A DNA stretch of 64,000 bases, taken from positions 2,672-66,671 of the forward strand of contig JAGYMZ010000001.1 in NCBI GenBank assembly GCA_018400295.1, read 5' to 3'. Within the stretch, counting starts at the first letter, position 1; each line of letters starts with the position of its first letter. A program made the position numbers and the translations under genes. Positions 21,115 through 30,426 of this stretch are shown here, piece by piece. This DNA is from Bacteroidales bacterium. Lineage in GTDB: Bacteria; Bacteroidota; Bacteroidia; Bacteroidales; B18-G4. Under the pieces are notes generated by a model. It saw only the letters and a program-made list of their open reading frames with translations, was not told the DNA's origin and made no database searches.

Positions 21115-22059
21115 ATGACAACTTTTGCAATCACCATACTGGGATGTGGCGCTTCTTTGCCGCTCCTGAGCAGGAACCCCAGCGCTCAGGTTGTCAATGT
21201 ACACGAGAAGCTGTTTCTGTTGGATTGTGCTGAAGCTACCCAGCTGCAACTTCGAAAATACCGTGTTAAGTTCCAGCGTATTCAGCACATTTTGATTTCG
21301 CATCTGCACGGAGATCATTATTATGGGCTCATTGGATTTCTTATGACCAATCATTTACTGGGCCGGCAGAAGGAATTGCACCTGTATGCCCATAAAGAGT
21401 TGAAGGAGGTCATGGAGATGCATTTGCGGATTTCTCAGACCGAGTTGCGTTACCCTTTGATATACCATGATTTTGATCCGGAGAAGCATCAGGTGATATA
21501 CGATGCCGGGGATATGCAAATAGAGGCTTTTCCCCTGGAGCACAACTTTCCTGCTTCCGGTTTCATTTTCAGGGAGGAAAAGGGAAGGCCGAATATAGAT
21601 AAGGATTTTATCAGGGGGCGAAAGATCAGTCATGCTGAAATTCAGCAGATCAAGTCCGGTGAAGATTATACCGATCCGGAAGGCCGGGTTTTTAAGAACG
21701 AAGAAATTACCCTTCCTTCCCCGGAACCCCGCTCCTATGCGTATTGTTCCGATACTGCATATCATGAACCCATCATACCTTATATTGAGGGGGTTACCCT
21801 TTTATATCACGAGTCTACGTTTATGCAGGACATGGCAGAGGCTGCACGGGAGAAATTTCACGCCACGGCCTCAGAAGCGGCCACAATTGCCAAAAAAGCG
21901 AGGGTTAAAAGACTTCTGTTGGGTCATTATTCGGCCCGGTACAGAAATCTGGATGAAATGCGCAGGGAGGCAGCGGAGATCTTTCCGGAAACAATATTGG
22001 CTGATGATGGCAAGGTCATACTCCTCCCACAAGAACCATCAGAGAAGGGCGTCGAATAA
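21115..22059 (+). CDS. rnz: ribonuclease Z
   Basis: ISHLHGDHYYG metallo-beta-lactamase motif, AYCSDT, LYHESTF, LLLGHYSARY. Confidence 0.95.
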   Translation: MTTFAITILGCGASLPLLSRNPSAQVVNVHEKLFLLDCAEATQLQLRKYRVKFQRIQHILISHLHGDHYYGLIGFLMTNHLLGRQKELHLYAHKELKEVMEMHLRISQTELRYPLIYHDFDPEKHQVIYDAGDMQIEAFPLEHNFPASGFIFREEKGRPNIDKDFIRGRKISHAEIQQIKSGEDYTDPEGRVFKNEEITLPSPEPRSYAYCSDTAYHEPIIPYIEGVTLLYHESTFMQDMAEAAREKFHATASEAATIAKKARVKRLLLGHYSARYRNLDEMRREAAEIFPETILADDGKVILLPQEPSEKGVE

Positions 22060-24969
22060 AATTTCTACCGGATGCAGGGCCTTCCGGCCAGTACCATCCA
22101 GGATCTGATGCCGGCAGCTTGTTCCGGGCGCTGCAATAAGAACGTCCTCAGTAGTTTTCCGGATCTCCGGGAACAATACTATTTCCCCGACATTCATCGA
22201 CAGATCATAGTGTTCTTTTTCATAACCAAAGGCGCCTGCCATTCCGCAGCATCCGGATTTGATCTCGGTAACCGTGTAATTAACAGGAAGGGATAACATT
22301 TTTTTGGTGGGTTCTGTGGAGGCCAGCGCTTTCTGGTAGCAGTGCCCGTGAAGCCTGATGTCTTTGGATGCTGAGGAAAAGGCATCCCTTTGTATATTGC
22401 CCCGTTCAAATTCCTGAAGAATAAACTCATCGAACATTAAGCAGGAAGCGGATAATTTTCGGGCTGCCGGAACGAGCTCCGTATCCACCAGTTCGGGGTA
22501 TTCATCCCTGAAAGTGAGTATTCCGGAGGGTTCAATGCCGATCAGGGGGGTGTCCGGGCCAACGATTTCATGGAGCAACGCAACATTTTTATTGGCAATT
22601 TTTTTTGCTTTCCTTACCAGTCCTTTGGATAAAAAGGTCCTCCCGCTCTGTGTATGCCTGGGGATTTCCACAGAATATCCCAGACGGAGCAACAATTTGA
22701 TGGCCTTAATGCCTATATGGGTATCGTTATATTCGGTAAATTCATCGGCGAAAAAATACACTTTGCCTCTTGACGCGGTATTGTATAGCGTTTCTTTGTT
22801 TATGGAAGCCCAGGCATGCAGTGTTGTTTTACAGAGCAGCGGAATAGAACGTTTTGGTGCAAAGCCCAGTACTTTTTTTATCAGCGCGGAGGCAATGCGG
22901 TTCCGGATGAAAAAATTATAAATCCCCGGCAGCAGGGATCCCAGCTTGTTGATCAGGGCCAGATTGGCAATTACCCTGGTACGCATTGGGATCCCGTTCT
23001 TATCGTAATAATGTTGTAAAAACTCTGCTTTGTATTTGGTTATATCAACATTGGAAGGGCATTCCGATTTACATCCTTTACAGGATAGACACAGGTCCAG
23101 AACATCATAGATCTCCTTATGATCAAAAGGATCTTTCCGGCTGCCACGGGTGAGAAATTCCCGCAGGATGTTTGCCCTGGCGCGTGTAGTGGTGTTTTCG
23201 TCTCTGGTTGCCATGTAGCTGGGGCACATGGTACCCCCGGATATTTCCGTTTTTCTGCAGTCACCCGATCCATTGCATTTTTCTACTGCATGCAGTAGTC
23301 CCTGATCTGCTGTGAAGTCAAATACAGTTTTAATTTCAGGTTCGGGAGCACCCGGGTCATAGCGCAGTTGCGTTCTCATGTCCGGGGTATCGATGATCTT
23401 GCCTGGATTAAAAATATACGCCGGATCCCATGCTTCTTTGATTTCCCTCAGCAGATCATAGTTTTTATGCCCGATCATCAGGGGAATGAATTCACCCCGC
23501 AATCGGCCATCACCGTGTTCCCCGCTGAGTGACCCCCTGTATTTTTTTACCAGTTGTGCAGTTTCCGTGGCAATGATTTTAAAAAGTGCTACATCGTGCG
23601 GATCTTTCAGATTTAATACGGGTCGCAAGTGTAATTCCCCGGTGCCTATATGGGCATGATAAACACAAGATAACCGGTGTTTTTCCAGTATTTTCCGGAA
23701 GTCTTGCATGTATCCGGGCAAAGATTCCGGGGTTACGGCTGTATCTTCAATGACAGAAACGGGCCGGGCATTGCCGGGCATATTGGATAAAACCCCCAAT
23801 CCGGATCTTCGAAGCTCCCAAACCTTGTTTATTCCATCTCCGGTAACGAGCGGAAAATGGTATCCCAGTCCCTGTGCCCGCATGTCTTTCTCCATGGAAG
23901 CTGCAATGCGCCGGATCTCTTCCATGGTATTCCTGCTAAAATCGATGATCAGGATGGCGCCCGGATCCCCTTTCAGAAAAAACCTGGATTTTCTAAGGCC
24001 GATGTTTTTTTCTGAGAGTTTCAGGATGGTGTCATCCATAAGCTCCACTGCACCGGGATTGTATTTTAAAGCGATAAGGTTCCCGCGAAAGGCTTCATCC
24101 AGGGTATGGAAATGAACGCAAAGCAGGGCTGATCGGTTGGGTGGCAAAGGGACCAGATTGAGTTTGATCTCAGTGATAAAGGCCAGCGTTCCTTCCGATC
24201 CGGCAATAAGTTTGGAAAGGTTGATTTTTTCACCATTGTCAGAGAAAGGTTCTGTATCCAACAGCAGGTCCAGGGCATATCCGGTGTTGCGCCTTTTTAT
24301 GGATGGGTCCGGAAATTCCTTCCGTATCTCATGCTGGTTTTCAGGATCGGATAATTTTTTGTCCAGGACCCGGTAAATCGTTGCTTCCAGGGATTGACCG
24401 CTGAGTTTTTCTTTGTATTCCTGCAGGGAAAGGGGACCGAATATTGCTTCCGATCCATCCGAGAGGATGGCTTTGATGCTGAGTGTATGATCGCGCGTAT
24501 TCCCGTAAATGAGTGAATGAGCCCCGCATGCATTGTTCCCCACCATGCCCGACATCATGCAGCGATTGGTGGTGGAAGTCTCCGGGCCAAATAGCAAGCC
24601 GTAACGGGCCGCTTCCCTGTTAAGCGCATCACGGATGACCCCTGGTTCCACCCTCGCCCAATGTTCGTCCGGGTTGATTTCCAGGATCCGGGTCATATAT
24701 CGTGAAATGTCCACGACAATACCACTCCCGACCACCTGTCCGGCCAGGGAAGTGCCGGCGGCCCTCGGGATAAGTGCTGTGTTTTGTTCTGAGGCAAACC
24801 GGACAAGTTTTTTGATGTCTTCGGTATGGCGGGGCCGGGCTATGGCTTCCGGTATTTCACGGTAGGGGGAAGCATCGGTTGCGTGCATCAGGCGGTAACT
24901 GTAGTCGTAAAACAGGTCTCCGTCAAGTGTGCGTTTTAATTTTTCCAGTTGCGTTGGGGAGGTCATCAT
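22039..24969 (-). CDS. FAD-linked, Fe-S-containing 2-hydroxyacid dehydrogenase (YdiJ/GlcD-GlcF fusion type)
   Basis: PRAAGTSLAGQ FAD-binding motif, GSEGTLA, HAHIGTGELH, SGEHGDG, CLSCKGCKSECP, HGHCYQK, SGCCGMAG. Confidence 0.88.
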   Translation of the reverse strand: MMTSPTQLEKLKRTLDGDLFYDYSYRLMHATDASPYREIPEAIARPRHTEDIKKLVRFASEQNTALIPRAAGTSLAGQVVGSGIVVDISRYMTRILEINPDEHWARVEPGVIRDALNREAARYGLLFGPETSTTNRCMMSGMVGNNACGAHSLIYGNTRDHTLSIKAILSDGSEAIFGPLSLQEYKEKLSGQSLEATIYRVLDKKLSDPENQHEIRKEFPDPSIKRRNTGYALDLLLDTEPFSDNGEKINLSKLIAGSEGTLAFITEIKLNLVPLPPNRSALLCVHFHTLDEAFRGNLIALKYNPGAVELMDDTILKLSEKNIGLRKSRFFLKGDPGAILIIDFSRNTMEEIRRIAASMEKDMRAQGLGYHFPLVTGDGINKVWELRRSGLGVLSNMPGNARPVSVIEDTAVTPESLPGYMQDFRKILEKHRLSCVYHAHIGTGELHLRPVLNLKDPHDVALFKIIATETAQLVKKYRGSLSGEHGDGRLRGEFIPLMIGHKNYDLLREIKEAWDPAYIFNPGKIIDTPDMRTQLRYDPGAPEPEIKTVFDFTADQGLLHAVEKCNGSGDCRKTEISGGTMCPSYMATRDENTTTRARANILREFLTRGSRKDPFDHKEIYDVLDLCLSCKGCKSECPSNVDITKYKAEFLQHYYDKNGIPMRTRVIANLALINKLGSLLPGIYNFFIRNRIASALIKKVLGFAPKRSIPLLCKTTLHAWASINKETLYNTASRGKVYFFADEFTEYNDTHIGIKAIKLLLRLGYSVEIPRHTQSGRTFLSKGLVRKAKKIANKNVALLHEIVGPDTPLIGIEPSGILTFRDEYPELVDTELVPAARKLSASCLMFDEFILQEFERGNIQRDAFSSASKDIRLHGHCYQKALASTEPTKKMLSLPVNYTVTEIKSGCCGMAGAFGYEKEHYDLSMNVGEIVLFPEIRKTTEDVLIAAPGTSCRHQILDGTGRKALHPVEILFDALL

Positions 24970-24993
24970 GCTTTCTTCCCGGAGATCCGGGGG

Positions 24994-25965
24994 CTAAAAT
25001 ATTTCGTCAATGAGTTTGTCGGCATCCTTGGCTGTTATTGATCCTGCAAATGTAAGTGTTTTCAATTTATTGCGCATATCCGCAGGGTGAAACCGGGCAT
25101 GGATGAGTGCCTTTCTGAGATCTTTTTCGGTTTTCCGGTTTGCTCCGTTCGTCAATGAGAATTCCCGGATGATTCCGTTGGAAATTTTCATTTCCAGGTC
25201 ACGATCCGGCATTATGTTTTTTTTATGAAAAACAAACGGGGGTGAATGTCCATAATTCCATTCCCAGGATGTGTATTTTTTTTCCGCCAGTTCACGGATG
25301 ATTTGATGCTCCCGGTGTGTCAGGCTTACTTTGTCTGCCGGTGAAAAAGCCCTGGATACATAATCTTCTAAAAACACTTTAAATCCATGGATACCCATAG
25401 GGACCGGAAGATGGCAGGCAATATTGGTTACCTGACTGCGTTTTGACCGAACCGCTTTGTCGTGGTAGTGTAGTCCCTTACTGGTCAGCGCTTTATTAAG
25501 GATATTCAGGTTGCTGTCAAACAAAAGGGTCCCATGATGAATGACCTTGTCTTTATATATATGCTCGGAATTTCCGGAAAACTTCAGGCCCGATATGGTC
25601 AGGTCGCTTTTTCCTGTCAGCATGGCTTCAATGCCCAATTCTTTCAGGGCATCAATGACCGGCCGGGTGTATGCCGGATAATCGATCAGTTTTCCGGGTT
25701 GTCCTTTCAAAATGAATGTGTAGTTCAGGTTTCCTTCGTCGTGGTAGACGGTTCCTCCGCCGGTGATCCTGCGTATAACGGGGATGCCATTATCCTGAAC
25801 GAAACGGTGGTTTATTTCCGAAAAAGCGTTCTGGTGCTTTCCGATAATAATGGCTGGCCGGTTGATCCACAGCATAAAAAGCGGTGCATCGAAAGTACGG
25901 AAGATGTATTCTTCCGTGGCAAGGTTTATAAAGGGATCGGTTTCTTCTCTCGTTATGATAAGCAT
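24994..25965 (-). CDS. lplA: lipoate-protein ligase A
   Basis: NLATEEY, IIIGKHQN, RRITGGGTVYHDEGNLNY, KFSGN, HHGTLLF. Confidence 0.93.
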   Translation of the reverse strand: MLIITREETDPFINLATEEYIFRTFDAPLFMLWINRPAIIIGKHQNAFSEINHRFVQDNGIPVIRRITGGGTVYHDEGNLNYTFILKGQPGKLIDYPAYTRPVIDALKELGIEAMLTGKSDLTISGLKFSGNSEHIYKDKVIHHGTLLFDSNLNILNKALTSKGLHYHDKAVRSKRSQVTNIACHLPVPMGIHGFKVFLEDYVSRAFSPADKVSLTHREHQIIRELAEKKYTSWEWNYGHSPPFVFHKKNIMPDRDLEMKISNGIIREFSLTNGANRKTEKDLRKALIHARFHPADMRNKLKTLTFAGSITAKDADKLIDEIF

Positions 25966-26100
25966 GGATGTAAAAATATAACGAATTGTTTTTCCGTAGT
26001 GAATGCAGAAAAAAAATGTTCAGTATTTTTGTGGCCGGTATGGGAGATCCGGCACTCAAGGGTTGGTGTTATGGTCTTCGTTTCTTATTTTGTAAAGCTT

Positions 26101-26712
26101 ATGAAATCATTTTTTCATCGGACACCAAAGCTTCTTCTTGTTTTTCCATTGTTTCTGGTCCTGGCTGGATGCGGCATTTTTGACCAGGCATCTGAGATAA
26201 GGGCTTTTTCGCGTTGCGAATTCCGGTTATCCGGTACGGAGGATGTAAGGTTGGCTGGTGTTCCCTTCGATAACGTCAACAGTCTGGATGACCTGAATGT
26301 CATTGAAATTGCACGGATCACAGGTGGGGTGGCAGCGGGTGACCTGCCGTTGGAGTTGACATTGCTGCTTGATATACGGAATCCGAACACCCGTCAGGCC
26401 GCGTTGAATGCGCTGGACTGGATTTTGTACATTGATGGTCATGAAATTACCCGTGGCGGCCTGAGCCGGCGTATAACTGTTGCCCCCCTGGGCGATGTGG
26501 AACGCATGCCATTGGGAATAAGCGTGAACCTATATAAGATCATGGAAGGGGGATCCGGAAATGCATTGATCAACCTGGCCCTGAATCTCAGCGGACAGGG
26601 CCAGGTTCCTTCCCGCGTATTGCTTAAAGCCAAACCCGTGATCTACATTTCCGGAAAGCCTGTGGCTTATCCGGGGTATATTAATATTCGGAATGAATTC
26701 ACTTCACGATAA
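26101..26712 (+). CDS. LEA type 2 / WHy domain lipoprotein
   Basis: Lipobox LAGC after ATG 26101; IRNPN..A.LNALDWIL.IDG; the upstream part of track ORF 25534-26712 is antisense to lplA. Confidence 0.7.
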   Translation: MKSFFHRTPKLLLVFPLFLVLAGCGIFDQASEIRAFSRCEFRLSGTEDVRLAGVPFDNVNSLDDLNVIEIARITGGVAAGDLPLELTLLLDIRNPNTRQAALNALDWILYIDGHEITRGGLSRRITVAPLGDVERMPLGISVNLYKIMEGGSGNALINLALNLSGQGQVPSRVLLKAKPVIYISGKPVAYPGYINIRNEFTSR

Positions 26713-26735
26713 TACCGGCGTATAGAATTTTCTGG

Positions 26736-28541
26736 TCAGAGCAGGCCGCCTTTCTGGTATATTTCCATCTGCACATCAAAGAATTTGTTGATATGTGTGG
26801 AGACATGATTACGCAAATTGGTGATTTCTCCGGTTTTGAAGTTTACACGGATGGTATCCCCGTTTTTTAAATCGATGTCTTTCAGAAGTTCCGGGTCGTA
26901 TGTCAGGATCGGAAATGCAGCGTTGATGGCATTTCTTTCGTAAATGGCCCCGTATGATTCTGCAAGGATGCAGCTAATGCCCAGAGATTTAAAACAATCC
27001 ACTGCTTGTTGCCGGGAACTTCCTGCTCCGAAATTTTTACGTGTTACAATGATATCGCCAGGCTGGGCTTTACTGGCGAAATCTTCATAGCCTTCAAGAT
27101 TGTCAAACGTATATTGTCCCATTTCATCGATATCCGTAATGGTAAGGTAGCGGTTATGGAAGATCATATCTGTGTCAATATCGTCTACCTCTATGAGCCA
27201 GACCCTTCCTTCTGTTTCAATGGGACGGTCTTCTTTTGGCTTTTCTTTGGAAACTTTTTCCTGTGCTGCTGATGTTCCCTTTTCAAATTCAGCAGGGATC
27301 GCAGGAATGTCATGTTGATCGGTGATGTATCCGGCAACGGCGGAGGCGGCAACCGTGGCCGGAGAAGCGAGGTAAACCGAGCCCTTGCCTTGTTTGCCTG
27401 CAAAATTCCGGTTACCAGTGCTGATCGTAACTTCACCCGGGCCATTTTGTCCTACCTGTCCTGCAGCACAACCCGCACAACCCGCATTGGAGACCAGGAC
27501 ACCGGCGTCCTTGAATATTTTAATGATCCCTTCGTTGAGGGCTTGTTTCCAGATTTGGTCGGTGGAAGGTACGATCTTCAGAACGACACCGGGGGCCACC
27601 TTTTTATCTTTTAGTATGGACGCGGCGATCCGGAGGTCGTCAATCCGGCCATTGGTGCAACTGCCAATGAAAGCAGAGTCTATTTTGGTTTTTTTGACCG
27701 AGGTTACCGGGGCATCATCGTGGGGATGGCCTGGATTCGCCACCATGGGTATGAATTGGGATATATCTATCTCATATTCTTTTTTATAGCAGGCATCGTT
27801 GTCTGCGTATACCGGTTCAAAATCTTTTCCGGTGCGCTTTTTCAGTTCACTGATGATTTTCTCACTGGGGGGGAACATAATGATGATGGCACCCAGTTCC
27901 GTGGCCATGGATGAGATGGTAATGCGTTCATCCAGCGTAAGCGCATCGATGGCATTCCCGTACATTTCAACGGAACGGCCCAGCAATGTGCTGGCTCCGA
28001 ATTTATTCAGCATGTTTAATACAATGTCCTTTGCTGTTACGGCATCCGGTTTTTTCCCTGTGAAGGTGATCTTAACCGATTCCGGTACTTTAAACCAAAC
28101 CGATCCATGTGCCCAGGCTGCTGCGATATCCTTATCGCCCATGCCCTGCCCGAAAGCACCGATGGCGCCCATAATGTTGGCATGCGAGTCCGTGGATATG
28201 AATGTGCCACCAGGCAGGATGAGTCCCTTATCAATGGCTATGTGCGTACCTATGCCCTGATCTATATCGTATACCTTTATGCCTTTGTTTCGTGCATACA
28301 TCCGGCAATAATGCTGGTTTGCCGCATATTTTTGATCAGAACCCCCGGGATTGCAATCGAATGTAAAATAGGTTTTATCGGGGTCATCTACATCAAGGCC
28401 ATTGTTTTCCAGGTTCTTCACAACATTTGCCCCGGCAAAATCACGGGCCACCCTGGCATCAATGGTGATGTCCACAATGTCACCTGGACGGACCCCGGCA
28501 ACACCGGAGTGATTATGAATGATCTTTTCTGTGATGTTCAT
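26736..28541 (-). CDS. fused LeuC-LeuD / homoaconitase-family [4Fe-4S] hydro-lyase
   Basis: DSHA, IGSCTNGR, AGCAGCA, STGNRNF (large subunit) fused to DIDTDMI and NFGAGSSRQQA (swivel subunit). Confidence 0.9.
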   Translation of the reverse strand: MNITEKIIHNHSGVAGVRPGDIVDITIDARVARDFAGANVVKNLENNGLDVDDPDKTYFTFDCNPGGSDQKYAANQHYCRMYARNKGIKVYDIDQGIGTHIAIDKGLILPGGTFISTDSHANIMGAIGAFGQGMGDKDIAAAWAHGSVWFKVPESVKITFTGKKPDAVTAKDIVLNMLNKFGASTLLGRSVEMYGNAIDALTLDERITISSMATELGAIIIMFPPSEKIISELKKRTGKDFEPVYADNDACYKKEYEIDISQFIPMVANPGHPHDDAPVTSVKKTKIDSAFIGSCTNGRIDDLRIAASILKDKKVAPGVVLKIVPSTDQIWKQALNEGIIKIFKDAGVLVSNAGCAGCAAGQVGQNGPGEVTISTGNRNFAGKQGKGSVYLASPATVAASAVAGYITDQHDIPAIPAEFEKGTSAAQEKVSKEKPKEDRPIETEGRVWLIEVDDIDTDMIFHNRYLTITDIDEMGQYTFDNLEGYEDFASKAQPGDIIVTRKNFGAGSSRQQAVDCFKSLGISCILAESYGAIYERNAINAAFPILTYDPELLKDIDLKNGDTIRVNFKTGEITNLRNHVSTHINKFFDVQMEIYQKGGLL

Positions 28542-28570
28542 ATCCTGAGTTTTATAATTTCAAAAATGCA

Positions 28571-29122
28571 TCACACCTGCAGTCTTTCCTTGAAAGGGAG
28601 GAATGTCATAAAATCTGCATGGTGTACGATGTATGCCTCTGTTGATCTTTTCACCATATTTCCTTCCCCGGCGTGGGTGGCAATGATGTGGCATACTTCG
28701 GGGGGCAGTCCGCATTCTTCGGCCAGTGAAACGCCGGAAAAAGGATGCCGCAGGTATTTCCCGTATGAGCCCTGAATGCTGTTGCCATTTTCATCTTGAA
28801 CATATTCCAGGAGCTTACCAACGTCTGCCAGGATAGCTCCCGCGATAAGAACATCCATATTTACAGGAAGCGCATCACCGAAAAAATCGTTGATCTTTTT
28901 CCCGCTTTCCCGTGCAATATGCACCACCGCCCTTTTATGATCCATGAAGGTCACTTTGAGATCAGGTCCGCATAGCAGGGTGAAAGGGATGCGCTTCAGG
29001 TCTTCCGGGGTCATAACACTTCTGTCAAGCGCCAACTCCCAGGTTTTGGCTGTATTTTCACGGAGTTCTTCATTCTTTATCCATTCAAGCTCCGGCCAGA
29101 GGGCTAAAACTGCTTTATTCAT
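28571..29122 (-). CDS. HD-fold protein with degenerate HD motif (LADVGK)
   Basis: H..., GAILADVGKLLEY, RHPFSG, IIATH, HHAD pattern of HDIG proteins. Confidence 0.8.
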   Translation of the reverse strand: MNKAVLALWPELEWIKNEELRENTAKTWELALDRSVMTPEDLKRIPFTLLCGPDLKVTFMDHKRAVVHIARESGKKINDFFGDALPVNMDVLIAGAILADVGKLLEYVQDENGNSIQGSYGKYLRHPFSGVSLAEECGLPPEVCHIIATHAGEGNMVKRSTEAYIVHHADFMTFLPFKERLQV

Positions 29123-29145
29123 AATTAAGGATTTTTTATATTAAA

Positions 29146-29171
29146 GGAAAGCGGGTTCAATCTCCGCTTCC
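29146..29171 (-). terminator. hairpin between the dehydrogenase and HD genes (weak terminator or stabiliser)
   Basis: GGAAAGCGG/CCGCTTCC inverted repeat, followed by a T-rich stretch on the minus strand. Confidence 0.35.
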
Positions 29172-29175
29172 CGGG

Positions 29176-30372
29176 TTATAACCTGGATATTACTGCATCG
29201 GTCATTTGTTGGGTGCTGGCAGCACCTTTCGCAATGACATCGGGTTTGCCTGACATCTTCATCATATCGTATGTTTTCACCTTGCCTTCCGATATCACTT
29301 CTGCAATGGCGCTCCGGATGGAATTTGCTTTTTCATTTTCATTAATGAATTCCAGCATCATGCAGGCCGATTCAAACATGGCAATGGGATTGACGATGGA
29401 GACATCGTATTCTGCATATTTCGGAGCGGAGCCATGTGTGGGTTCAAAAACGCCGATGCCTGAATCGGGGTTGAACTGAGCTGAGCAAGCAAATCCCAGA
29501 CCACCGATGAGTCCGGCAAACCCATCGGAAACAATATCTCCGAACATATTGCCCGCAACAATGACACCGTAATTTTCCGGGTTTTTGGTCAACCACATCA
29601 TCTGTGCATCTATGTTGGTGTTCCAGAGCTCTATGTCGGGATAATCAGACTTCTGGATATCTTTGGCCATTTTATACATCATCCCGGATGTTTCGCGGAT
29701 AACGTTTGGCTTTTCGCAAACGGTTACCGATGTGTATTTGTAATTCCGTGCATGTTCAAAGGCAGCGCGCAGAATTCGTTCCGTGTGCTTTTTTGTGAAT
29801 ATCCGCGTTGAAACGGAAATCTCATTTTTCGGGAAACTACTGAAATTCTTAACGAACCTGGGATGTGTTTTTAAAGCTTCGTAAACAATATCCGGCGGAT
29901 CCGACCATTCGACCCCCCCATACAATCCTTCTGTATTCTGGCGGAAGATTACCACATCTACTTCGGGTTCTTCAATGGAATTTCCCGGCCCTTTGCGAAT
30001 GAAATTCAATGGGTTTCCTTTGTACGATTTACAGGGTCTCATGCAAATGTCGAGGCCGAAATGTTGTCTCAGTCCGACAATCGGACTGGAATATACATAC
30101 CCCTTTTCCCTGAGTCCAGGGGAAAGTTCTTCGGCTGCCGCATCCTTGGGTTTCGAGGTGATCGCGCCAAAAAGGCCGATCTTGTGTTCCTCCAATAATT
30201 TGAGGGTCCTTCCGGGCAATGGGTTCCCTTCCGTTTTCCAAAATTCCCAGCCAATGTCTCCGTGTACGTATTCAGCTTCAAATCCGGATGCATCCAATAC
30301 CCTGATGGCTTCCTTTAAAACGGTTTTTCCGATCCCGTCTCCGGGAAGTGCAACGATGGTTCTTTTGGCCAT
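29176..30372 (-). CDS. isocitrate/isopropylmalate-family beta-decarboxylating dehydrogenase (homoisocitrate dehydrogenase-like)
   Basis: LPGDGIG, YSSPIVGLR, FRQNTEGLY, KPN, NIDA, NMFGDIVSD, EPTHGSAPKY. Confidence 0.9.
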   Translation of the reverse strand: MAKRTIVALPGDGIGKTVLKEAIRVLDASGFEAEYVHGDIGWEFWKTEGNPLPGRTLKLLEEHKIGLFGAITSKPKDAAAEELSPGLREKGYVYSSPIVGLRQHFGLDICMRPCKSYKGNPLNFIRKGPGNSIEEPEVDVVIFRQNTEGLYGGVEWSDPPDIVYEALKTHPRFVKNFSSFPKNEISVSTRIFTKKHTERILRAAFEHARNYKYTSVTVCEKPNVIRETSGMMYKMAKDIQKSDYPDIELWNTNIDAQMMWLTKNPENYGVIVAGNMFGDIVSDGFAGLIGGLGFACSAQFNPDSGIGVFEPTHGSAPKYAEYDVSIVNPIAMFESACMMLEFINENEKANSIRSAIAEVISEGKVKTYDMMKMSGKPDVIAKGAASTQQMTDAVISRL

Positions 30373-30426
30373 ATGTGTCTGGTTTTAACAAGTTTAATAG
30401 TAAGTATATCTCGCACGATAAGTAAA

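Noticed and set aside
25534-26100. N-terminal 189 codons of track ORF 25534-26712
   Set aside because: Antisense to lplA; the real lipoprotein starts at ATG 26101 with a signal peptide and lipobox
29151-29167. GCGGG-TTCAATC-TCCGC resembles a tRNA T-arm
   Set aside because: No acceptor, D or anticodon arm can be built upstream
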